Of a stretch of DNA of 25,870 nt, positions 9,893 through 17,157 are shown piece after piece. Under the pieces are notes generated by a model that saw nothing but the letters and a program-made list of their open reading frames with translations, was not told the DNA's origin and did not search any database. The DNA is from an uncultured bacterium (GTDB lineage Bacteria > Lernaellota > Lernaellaia > JACKCT01 > CAYSHR01): positions 1 to 25,870 of the forward strand of contig CAYSHR010000002.1 in assembly GCA_964430795.1 (NCBI GenBank). Reading direction: 5' to 3'. The position numbers and the translations under genes were made by a program. How positions within the stretch are numbered: the stretch's first letter is position 1; each line of letters starts with the position of its first letter.

Positions 9893-9997
9893 CCTGCCGG
9901 TTCTACTTTTTCATCATTTTTGATCTTCGATATTCCTTGATTGGCGCCGGCAAAATAAGTAGGATATCCGGCACATCTGCTATTGAGGAAAATATCG

Positions 9998-11371
9998 ATG
10001 AAAAAACTTCCCTTTGAGCCTTTCAAGATCAAGGTTGTGGAACCTGTTCCCATAACCACCAGAAAAACCCGTAAGAGAAAGCTGATGGAAGCCCACTATA
10101 ACCCCTTTGCTCTAAAGGCCGGGGACGTTACCATCGATCTGCTTACCGATTCGGGAACATCGGCCATGAGCCATACCCAGTGGGGCGCTCTTATGATCGG
10201 GGATGAATCCTACGCCGGATCGGACAGCTTTTTCAGATTTGAGAAAGCCGTTCAGGAGGTTACCGGGTACAGCCATGTTATTCCAACCCACCAGGGGCGT
10301 TCAGCGGAGAACCTCTTTTTTTCCGCCATGCTGAAACCCGGGGATGTGGTTCCAAACAACACTCATTTTGACACTACAGAGGCAAATGTTATTTACAAGA
10401 AGGGCAAAGCAATCAGCCTGCCCTCCATTTACGCCAAAACAATTGATTCCGATTACCCCTTTAAAGGGAACATGAACCTTGAGGCCCTTGAAGATGTTCT
10501 AAAGAAGAAGGGCAAAAAAATTCCTCTTGTAATGATGACGGTGACAAATAATTCCGTTGGCGGCCAGCCGGTGAGTATGGAAAACCTCAAGGCTGTCAGA
10601 GGGCTTTGTAAGAAATATAAAAAGCCTCTCTATCTTGATTGCGCGAGATTCGCCGAAAATTGCTTATTTATTAAAAAAAGGGAAAAGGGTTATGGAAAAA
10701 AGTCCGTTAAGACCATAGCCGGAGAGATGTTTTCCCTGGCTGACGGCGCCCTTATGAGCGCGAAGAAGGACGCCCTTGTCAACATCGGCGGTTTTCTGGC
10801 AACCAACGACAAGGAGCTTGCCGCCCATGTCGCGCAGATAATGGTGGTTATCGAAGGTTTTGTAACCTACGGCGGCCTTGCCGGGAGGGACATGGACGCT
10901 ATTGCCACCGGCCTTCTGGAAGGTCTTGACGAAAGTTATCTCCTGAGTCGCGTAAGGCAGGTCGAATACCTTGGCGACAGACTTATGGCAAGAAATGTTC
11001 CGGTGTTGACTCCCACAGGAGGGCACGCGGTATATATTGACGCCAAAGGATTTCTGCCCCACCTTCCACAAAGTAAATTCCCTGGATGGACTCTTTCCTG
11101 TGAAGCATATATTGAAGGCGGTGTAAGAAGCTGTGAAATCGGAACAGTGATGTTCGCCAAGGAAAACGCCAAAACAGGAAAAGTGGCATACCCCGAGCTG
11201 GACCTTGTGAGGCTTGCTGTTCCCAGAAGGGTTTATACTGACAACCATATGGATTATGTGGCTGATGCCTTTGGAAAGCTGGTAAAAAAATCCAAGACAA
11301 TAAAAGGTGTGAAGTTTTCATACAAACCTAAAAAACTTCGCCATTTCCTTTCCAGGTTCAAGCCATTATAA
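9998..11371 (+). CDS. tnaA: Tryptophanase (PLP-dependent tryptophan indole-lyase)
   Basis: EPFKIKVVE, IDLLTDSGTSAMS, GDESYAGS, PTHQGR, PLP-Lys motif MSAKKD. HFDTT (Asp) and LRHF (His) are tryptophanase-type; tyrosine phenol-lyase has FTTT and LRFF. Start moved to ATG 9998, which has SD GAGG at 9985-9988. Confidence 0.88.
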   Translation: MKKLPFEPFKIKVVEPVPITTRKTRKRKLMEAHYNPFALKAGDVTIDLLTDSGTSAMSHTQWGALMIGDESYAGSDSFFRFEKAVQEVTGYSHVIPTHQGRSAENLFFSAMLKPGDVVPNNTHFDTTEANVIYKKGKAISLPSIYAKTIDSDYPFKGNMNLEALEDVLKKKGKKIPLVMMTVTNNSVGGQPVSMENLKAVRGLCKKYKKPLYLDCARFAENCLFIKKREKGYGKKSVKTIAGEMFSLADGALMSAKKDALVNIGGFLATNDKELAAHVAQIMVVIEGFVTYGGLAGRDMDAIATGLLEGLDESYLLSRVRQVEYLGDRLMARNVPVLTPTGGHAVYIDAKGFLPHLPQSKFPGWTLSCEAYIEGGVRSCEIGTVMFAKENAKTGKVAYPELDLVRLAVPRRVYTDNHMDYVADAFGKLVKKSKTIKGVKFSYKPKKLRHFLSRFKPL

Positions 11372-11378
11372 AGGGTGA

Positions 11379-12065
11379 TTATAAAAAGACCTTCACCTCT
11401 TTTTCGATCTCGACTCTTTTTGGCGAAACCTTGCATCTATAGGCGAAAATGTCGATCCCGGCTTTGTGCCCTTTAACTAACGCGTCGGCGAAATCGGGGT
11501 CGGTTTCCCTGTTTGTGGTAAAAGATTTACCGTCTTCTCTCTGAATTACAAAAACAATCCCGGCTTCATGTCCCTCTTTCTTCAAGTTGATAAGCTCTCT
11601 GATATGCCTCGCGCCTCGATTTGTCGGAGCATCGGGAAACATGGCGATTTCGCCCTTTACAAGGGTTACTGATTTTACCTCGATAAAGTACTTCCTTCTC
11701 TTTTTCTCAAGTAAAAAATCCAGTCTGGACCGCCCAACAGGTATTTCTCTTCTTATAAATTTTGAGCTTGCGAATTGAGGAAGTCTTTTCTTTTGCAACC
11801 CTTCCTCAAATAGGTCATTGGCCAAATGGGAGTTAAGGCTCACCCAGGCTTTTCCTGATTGGACAAGGGCAAGATCAAACCGGGTTTTTCTGCTGGGTTT
11901 ATCTACCGGAACAACTTTTGTTTTAACGCCGGGAATCAAAAGCTCTTTCATTCTTCCAGGATTGGCCATGAAAACGTCGTGGCTTTTGTTTTCGATTTTC
12001 GCCCTTATGACAAACCTGTTTTGCCGCCTGACAAATATCCCTTCCATCAATTTTGGGAAAATCAT
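11379..12065 (-). CDS. sfsA: SfsA DNA/RNA nuclease (sugar fermentation stimulation protein)
   Basis: RQNRF, MANPGRMKELL, SRLDFLL, FIEVKSVTL, FPDAPTNRGARHIREL: OB fold plus PD-(D/E)xK signature. Confidence 0.93.
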   Translation of the reverse strand: MIFPKLMEGIFVRRQNRFVIRAKIENKSHDVFMANPGRMKELLIPGVKTKVVPVDKPSRKTRFDLALVQSGKAWVSLNSHLANDLFEEGLQKKRLPQFASSKFIRREIPVGRSRLDFLLEKKRRKYFIEVKSVTLVKGEIAMFPDAPTNRGARHIRELINLKKEGHEAGIVFVIQREDGKSFTTNRETDPDFADALVKGHKAGIDIFAYRCKVSPKRVEIEKEVKVFL

Positions 12066-12156
12066 TTTACCGCCATCTTAAAAGTGAAAAGGTTTTTATA
12101 AGCAAGCAGGATAGAGAAGTCATCATCGTGAATATTATGGCGCGATAATATATCTG

Positions 12157-12837
12157 TTAAATCCCAAGCAAATCCTTAATAAGGTCATGGAATTGAAAAA
12201 GAAAAAAGATTCCCGGACTGTCGAACTGCTTTTGAATCACCAGGTTCTGGTCAAGGAGCCAATAGAAGGGCACAAAACCATTGCCTATCTTGTCGCCAAC
12301 ACCCCAGTTAGGATCAGCCAATACCGGAAAGGTCACACTATGTTTGATGATCCAGGCGGCAAGGTCCTGCCCTGTAGGTGGATCGCCGGCTTTGTTCTCT
12401 CCCAATAGCTGAAGCACGACAAAACCGTCGCCGGTGTTTTTGTATGCCTGATGGAAATTCTTCTCCAGCTTTGGGGTGTCGTCGTTGCACGGACCGCACC
12501 AGACGGCTGAAGAATCAAGAAGGATCACTTTTCCCTTAAAGTCTTTTAAGGAGACGTCATTGCCATCTGAGTCCTTGAGTGTAAAATTGGGCATCCTGTC
12601 GCCGTCTTTGTACCCCTCGGGCACAGTATCATCGTCATCATCACCCGCGTCGTCATCATCCGGACCCACGTCATCGTCATCCGGGGCTATGTCATCGTCG
12701 TCATTGTCGTCATCGTCATATATGCCCTTGTTATCATCAAAAACAACATCATCGCCATCATCGTCATCGGCGCAGGCGCAGCCTTGAGCAAACAGGGCAA
12801 AACAGAGAAGGAGAAGGAAGGCTCCAGGTTTTTTCAT
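12157..12837 (-). CDS. TlpA/ResA-like thioredoxin-fold lipoprotein with Asp-rich N-terminal tether
   Basis: Signal MKK plus hydrophobic core and lipobox AQGC (C20); poly-Asp linker; PNFTLKDSDGNDVSLKDFKGKVILL, WCGPC active site, FPVLADP. Confidence 0.85.
   Translation of the reverse strand: MKKPGAFLLLLCFALFAQGCACADDDDGDDVVFDDNKGIYDDDDNDDDDIAPDDDDVGPDDDDAGDDDDDTVPEGYKDGDRMPNFTLKDSDGNDVSLKDFKGKVILLDSSAVWCGPCNDDTPKLEKNFHQAYKNTGDGFVVLQLLGENKAGDPPTGQDLAAWIIKHSVTFPVLADPNWGVGDKIGNGFVPFYWLLDQNLVIQKQFDSPGIFFLFQFHDLIKDLLGI
12628..12768 (-). repeat. Intragenic Asp-rich repeat (DDDD blocks with 1-3-residue spacers)
   Basis: Residues 24-70: DDDDGDDVVFDDNKGIYDDDDNDDDDIAPDDDDVGPDDDDAGDDDDD, 29 Asp in 47 aa; mixed GAT/GAC codons. 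Confidence 0.92.
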
Positions 12838-12890
12838 TGCCGGCCCTTTCGTTTATTAACAACGTCGTTTTTTACGTTTTTATAAATCAT

Positions 12891-12927
12891 TGAAAATGGC
12901 AACTTATCCAAAAGTCGCCATTTTTCA
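12891..12927 (-). terminator. Intrinsic terminator-like hairpin after the clostripain gene
   Basis: TGAAAATGGCAACTT-atccaa-AAGTCGCCATTTTTCA; on the minus-strand RNA the one mismatch becomes a G.U pair. Flanking A/U tracts; begins 13 nt after the stop. Confidence 0.7.
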
Positions 12928-12940
12928 TCAGTTTGTCAAT

Positions 12941-14239
12941 CTATTTAATCAGGTCATCCCAGGAAGTATCCTTGGCAAAATCAAGATTTTCATAGTCGGA
13001 ATCATATCCAAACATAGGGCAATAGATAGACAATCCATGAGCATTCGAGTACATCTGATAGCCAAAAGCGGAATAAATGACCGCGCTATCCACGCCGGAT
13101 GTCACACTATCAGCCGCCGCGTTTAAATTGGCGTTAATATTCTTGCTTTTGATGTTCGCGGCAAAATGATAGAGATCAATAAAGGCAATCTCCATAAATT
13201 TCATTGTATTGAAAAACGCGCCTGCGATATCCGGATTGGTTTTTCCTCCCGCGGCGATAAGCTCATCAGCGAAAGTATCCACGGAGGTTGCCAAGGCGTT
13301 AACTTTAGAAAGGTCCACAACAGAAAGGGTGGCGTCAGGTTGAGCCACAAAGGTGTCGGTTATCTTTGTTCCCAATTCCCCGGGAGTCATCTTTGGCATA
13401 TTCACAAGGTCAATAAGGAAATTATCATATTTCCAACCAGGTCCGCCCTCAGTCTCCTCTGAGCCAACCATAACCTTGCCGTCGTCTTTCAGGTAATAGG
13501 CAATCTCAACCATCTGCATCAGGCAGGCGTCAAAGCCGATAAGGTCGATGGTTTCAGCAGGGGTATTCGCCCGGATCCAGGCCAGGGATGTATCCAATTC
13601 CACATTGTCAAGAGAGTCAGAGCCACTTCCCTCATCCCAGCAGACATTTTTGTATACCTTCCGCTTTTTTCCGTCTTTCATCCAACCACCGCCATGATTC
13701 CAGAAAATAAGGGCGAAGTTTTCCGCGGGATACTCATTAAAGGCATAAGAAACACCGTCTTTGAGAGTCTGGGGGTCGCCCATGTTGAGTTCGCCGGGTT
13801 TTTCAAGTTCCACCAGGTTGTTCTTTTCCACCAGCAGATAGCGGCTGTCGCCGTTTATTAGACCGTCATAGATAACAATGATATTCACGTCATCGGTGGA
13901 GCCTACTGCCTTCATCTCATTCAAGTCCTGGAAGCCATAGGGGGCCAGATTATTATCCGCGGCCATGTAAACCACAAAAGTCCAAGCTGAATCATAGGTT
14001 ACGTCATCGTCATCTCCCGAATCATCGTCATCGGCCGCGTCATCGTCATCGGCCGCGTCATCATCATCCACAGCGTCATCATCATCCGCCGCGTCATCGT
14101 CGTCGTCATCCGCCGCGTCGTCATCGTCCAGAGTGTCATCATCATCCAGGGCGCCGTTGCCCGAATCGTTGTCACTTCCACCACACCCAAAAGCCAGAAT
14201 CAGAATAAGAAAACAGAAGAAAATTCGATAACTTTTCAT
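12941..14239 (-). CDS. Clostripain-family (peptidase C11) cysteine protease lipoprotein with poly-Asp tether
   Basis: WTFVVYMAADNNL, FWNHGGGW (catalytic His), IGFDACLM (catalytic Cys), MVGSEETEGG. Start set at ATG 14239 (MKSYRIFFCFLILILAFGC lipoprotein signal, SD GAGGA) rather than 14449. Confidence 0.88.
   Translation of the reverse strand: MKSYRIFFCFLILILAFGCGGSDNDSGNGALDDDDTLDDDDAADDDDDDAADDDDAVDDDDAADDDDAADDDDSGDDDDVTYDSAWTFVVYMAADNNLAPYGFQDLNEMKAVGSTDDVNIIVIYDGLINGDSRYLLVEKNNLVELEKPGELNMGDPQTLKDGVSYAFNEYPAENFALIFWNHGGGWMKDGKKRKVYKNVCWDEGSGSDSLDNVELDTSLAWIRANTPAETIDLIGFDACLMQMVEIAYYLKDDGKVMVGSEETEGGPGWKYDNFLIDLVNMPKMTPGELGTKITDTFVAQPDATLSVVDLSKVNALATSVDTFADELIAAGGKTNPDIAGAFFNTMKFMEIAFIDLYHFAANIKSKNINANLNAAADSVTSGVDSAVIYSAFGYQMYSNAHGLSIYCPMFGYDSDYENLDFAKDTSWDDLIK
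14003..14146 (-). repeat. Intragenic tandem repeat encoding eight poly-Asp blocks (xxDDDD, 18-bp unit)
   Basis: DDDD-TL-DDDD-AA-DDDDDD-AA-DDDD-AV-DDDD-AA-DDDD-AA-DDDD-SG-DDDD, 34 Asp in 48 aa. Exact 18-bp tandem copy tcatcgtcatcggccgcg at 14022-14039 and 14040-14057. Confidence 0.95.
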
Positions 14240-14521
14240 AATGGACTTCTTTCCTCTTGAAATAATAGAAAATCGGGCGGTAACATTCTCTTGCCCCGCG
14301 GCTCCGACAGCAAAGGATGTAACAAGTTTCGTGCCAAAAACCAATAAGAGAAATAACACTATGAAATTACAAATAATATTATAAATAGAGAGATTAAAAA
14401 ATATCGGTTTACCTTCCTCTTTCGAAAATTTTTTTTCGCTAAAGCTCATATTTCTGAGGGCAATGGAAAAATAACTCGGCTGATTATGATGAATGTCCCG
14501 CGAGCCGGCAGGATGTCTACA

Positions 14522-14971
14522 TTATTTTTTTAAGGCTCTGGCTATCTCTCTTTCCGCTTCTCTCTTTTTGGTGGTTTCTCTTTTATCCTGAAATTTTTTG
14601 CCCTTTCCCAGGCCAACAAGAAGCTTGGCAAGGCCGTTTTTAAAATAGAGTTTTAATGGAACAAGGGCATACCCTCTTTCAGTGACTTTTTGTTCCAGTT
14701 TTTCAAGCTCTTTCTTGTGCATGAGAAGCTTGCGTTTGCGGGTCGGCTCATGGTTGGTATATCCTCCATGGCTATACTTTCCAATATTGGCATCCAGAAG
14801 ATAAAGCTCTCCCTCCTCGAATTGGCAATACCCTTGAGCAATGGTGGCCTTTCCCTCCCGGATAGCCTTGACCTCGGTGCCAACCAGCTCAATGCCGGCC
14901 TCGTAGCTTTGTTCAATATGATAATTGAACCGCGCCTTTTTATTCCGGGCTACGGTTTTCTCACCTTTCAT
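14522..14971 (-). CDS. smpB: SsrA-binding protein SmpB
   Basis: VARNKKARFNY, EAGIELVGTEVKAIR, HEPTRKRKLLMHKKE, LVPLKLYFK, GKGKKFQDKRE and basic C-terminal tail. Confidence 0.97.
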   Translation of the reverse strand: MKGEKTVARNKKARFNYHIEQSYEAGIELVGTEVKAIREGKATIAQGYCQFEEGELYLLDANIGKYSHGGYTNHEPTRKRKLLMHKKELEKLEQKVTERGYALVPLKLYFKNGLAKLLVGLGKGKKFQDKRETTKKREAEREIARALKK

Positions 14972-15024
14972 GGAGACCCCACATGGCTAATTATCTCACT
15001 ATTCGAAATTTCCAACAAAATCAA

Positions 15025-16269
15025 CTACAGCAGCTCGTCAACATTTTCTTGAATTTTTAAAATAGCGGTCACAATATCATCGATGCCTTCGGTACCGGCC
15101 ATGAGCATGGGGTAGTGCATCCAGACAGCTTCTTGATAAGCGGCTTTTGTTGAAACGGGCAATGTGGAATTATCCTGGCGGATCTGATCACCGTATCTGC
15201 CTTTGATCTGGGGCCATTCATCAGCCATAACGGTAAAGATATTTCTGTTTGGAATGGGTGTGTAAAAATCGCCATCCAGAATAATTCCCTCGCCCATCAT
15301 CGCTTCAAGGAATTTTTGCCTTGGAAGCCCTTTAAATCCGTCGGGATTATATTTGAAGATGTACTGATAATGGGCGGACTGGGTTGTTCTGTCATCATGC
15401 CAAATAGTTTCAATTCCATCAATGTCGGCAAGCTTCTCAGTAAGATATTTCGCGGCTTCGGCTCTTTCTTTTGTTCTTTCTTCGAGCTTTTCAAGCTGAG
15501 CCATAAGCACGGCCGCCTGGAATTCGCTGATGCGATAATTCCAACCCAGGTTCCAGCCCTCAAAATCCTCATAAGCCGGTTCTTTGCGCCCGCAGTTAAT
15601 TAGAGAGTGGCATTTCTGTTGCAACATCTTGTCGCTGGTGATAAGAATTCCCCCTTCTCCCGCGGTCATCAATTTTGATGATTGAAATGAAAAGCTGCCA
15701 AGATGTCCGATAGAGCCCGCGCCTTTTCCCCGCCAACTCGCGCCATGCATATGAGCGCAATCCTCAATAACATAGATGCCGTGCTTTTCCGCCAGTTCCA
15801 TTGCCCTGTCCATATCAGCCATGGACGATCCCAGGTGAACGGGAATGATGGCTTTGGTTTTATCGGTGATAAGGGTTTCGGCGTGGTCAAAATCCATTGT
15901 GTAATTATCCGGTCGCGCGTCAGCGAACAGAGGCACAGCGTTCAGATATACGGCACACGCGGCTGTGGCGGTCCATGTTAATGCCGGGGCTATTATTTCA
16001 TCTCCCGCTTTTAGTCCGATGGCTCTTAAGGCAACCTCCAGGGTTACAGTGCCATTAGCCGCGCAGATACCATACTTGGCCGTGTGATAATCAGCAAAAG
16101 CCTGAGCGAATCTCCCGGCCCAATAATTCGGCTCAGGGTATCCCCCCCAGTTATGGGTTTCCAGAACCTCAATAAGGTATTGTTTTTCTTTGTCGGTATA
16201 TGGAGGCCACGCGGGCCATACTTTACCTTCTCTTACTCCGGCGCCGCCTTTTACAGCTAATTTTGACAT
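15025..16269 (-). CDS. DegT/DnrJ/EryC1/StrS-family PLP aminotransferase (AHBA-synthase / aminocyclitol-aminotransferase-like N-terminus)
   Basis: NGTVTLEVALRA, GDEIIAPALTW, IIPVHLG, IEDCAHMHG, SFSFQSSKLMTAGEGG (PLP Lys), GWNYRISEFQAA; strong SD AGGAAAGGA. Confidence 0.9.
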   Translation of the reverse strand: MSKLAVKGGAGVREGKVWPAWPPYTDKEKQYLIEVLETHNWGGYPEPNYWAGRFAQAFADYHTAKYGICAANGTVTLEVALRAIGLKAGDEIIAPALTWTATAACAVYLNAVPLFADARPDNYTMDFDHAETLITDKTKAIIPVHLGSSMADMDRAMELAEKHGIYVIEDCAHMHGASWRGKGAGSIGHLGSFSFQSSKLMTAGEGGILITSDKMLQQKCHSLINCGRKEPAYEDFEGWNLGWNYRISEFQAAVLMAQLEKLEERTKERAEAAKYLTEKLADIDGIETIWHDDRTTQSAHYQYIFKYNPDGFKGLPRQKFLEAMMGEGIILDGDFYTPIPNRNIFTVMADEWPQIKGRYGDQIRQDNSTLPVSTKAAYQEAVWMHYPMLMAGTEGIDDIVTAILKIQENVDELL

Positions 16270-16301
16270 CCTGTTTTCCTTTCCTAATTTGTATTTGGGA
16301 A

Positions 16302-16329
16302 ATTTTAGATAAAAACCGCTTTTTGTAAA
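16302..16329 (-). promoter_or_regulatory. Candidate sigma-70 promoter for aminotransferase-smpB
   Basis: Minus strand TTTACA (16329-16324), 16-nt spacer, TAAAAT (16307-16302); 5/6 and 5/6 match to consensus. Confidence 0.5.
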
Positions 16330-16355
16330 GAATTCATTTTTATCCTTATCTTAAG

Positions 16356-16400
16356 CCCCTCTCTACCTTTGGGAAAGGGGTTGGGGTGAGGGCGCGCCCT
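16356..16400. repeat. REP-like palindromic element (CCCTCACCCCAACCCCTyTCCC...GAGAGGGG type) plus a 12-bp palindrome
   Basis: Minus strand reads CCCTCACCCCAACCCCTTTCCCAAAGGTAGAGAGGGG with stem CCCCTTTC/GAGAGGGG. AGGGCGCGCCCT (16389-16400) is a perfect palindrome touching the OMP stop. Single copy in the window. Confidence 0.6.
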
Positions 16401-17110
16401 TAGAAATGAGCCGCGCACATAAGCAGCATGACATTTCCTCCGGCGTTAAACCAATCGTTTGCTTTCTCTTTTTCAGTAAATAGTCTGGCGAATGTTGAAC
16501 GCCCTTCAAGGGCAACGCCCCAATGTTCGCTTATTCTAAACTCAAACCCCAGACTCAAACCCCAGCCAAGACCGGTATCCGAATCGGTATCGCTATCAGA
16601 GAAGGAAACATTTTGATTTTCCAGCTCAACATCTATTTCAAAAGTGGCTTTGCCATTATATAAACCGGCGACAGGTCCGCCATAGAGGTCAGTCCACCTT
16701 GTCTGCCAATGAAAGCGGGGCATCACGTCAACATGAAAAACCGTGATCTGCAAATCGCTATCGACCTTGATGCCTTCTATGCGAAAACTGTATTTGTTAT
16801 TGCCGCCGTACCAGCCAAGGGTGGTTGCCAGGCCGAACCAGTGAACAAACTGATATTCGTACCCAACCTCAAAAGTAAGACCGTTATAATCACTGATATC
16901 GTAACCCTCGTCAAAAATGTATTGCCATTCTTCATCTGAAACAACACCATCCTGGTTCGGCCTTGTGCCCTCCTGCTCATCATCCTGCCAAAAAGCATGA
17001 AAACCGGGACCAAAATGAATTCTATGCTTTGTATCGAAAGGGTCCGCGAAAACCACCTGTGTAAAAGCAAAGCAGAAAACCAAAATCAAAAGAGCAATCC
17101 TTATTCTCAT
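16400..17110 (-). CDS. Outer-membrane beta-barrel protein (OmpA/OmpW-like small barrel)
   Basis: Signal peptide, alternating amphipathic strands (FEVGYEYQF, LGWGLSLGFEFRI, WGVALEGR), C-terminal Phe. ATG 17110 fits SD AGGAG better than GTG 17113. Confidence 0.8.
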   Translation of the reverse strand: MRIRIALLILVFCFAFTQVVFADPFDTKHRIHFGPGFHAFWQDDEQEGTRPNQDGVVSDEEWQYIFDEGYDISDYNGLTFEVGYEYQFVHWFGLATTLGWYGGNNKYSFRIEGIKVDSDLQITVFHVDVMPRFHWQTRWTDLYGGPVAGLYNGKATFEIDVELENQNVSFSDSDTDSDTGLGWGLSLGFEFRISEHWGVALEGRSTFARLFTEKEKANDWFNAGGNVMLLMCAAHF

Positions 17111-17157
17111 CACAACTCCTTATCTTTTTTAAAAAAACTATCTGACCCAAAAGTTCA

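Noticed and set aside
9893-9997. TnaC-like leader peptide; ORF 9817..10017
   Set aside because: The only Trp codon in the gap lies in a short frame with no start codon. 9817..10017 overlaps batE and tnaA out of frame and has no TnaC features.
9998-11371. Tyrosine phenol-lyase (tpl) assignment
   Set aside because: The diagnostic positions carry Asp (HFDTT) and His (LRHF), as in tryptophanase.
12628-14146. CRISPR array or mobile repeat
   Set aside because: The repeats are in-frame Asp codon runs inside genes, with no unique spacers and no cas genes.
14240-14449. 70-aa N-terminal extension of the clostripain ORF as given in the ORF track
   Set aside because: No SD before 14449; ATG 14239 has SD GAGGA and begins a standard lipoprotein signal peptide.
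14240-14521. tmRNA (ssrA) next to smpB
   Set aside because: The gap is only 282 nt, AT-rich, and lacks tRNA-like 5' GGGG and 3' TCCACCA ends.
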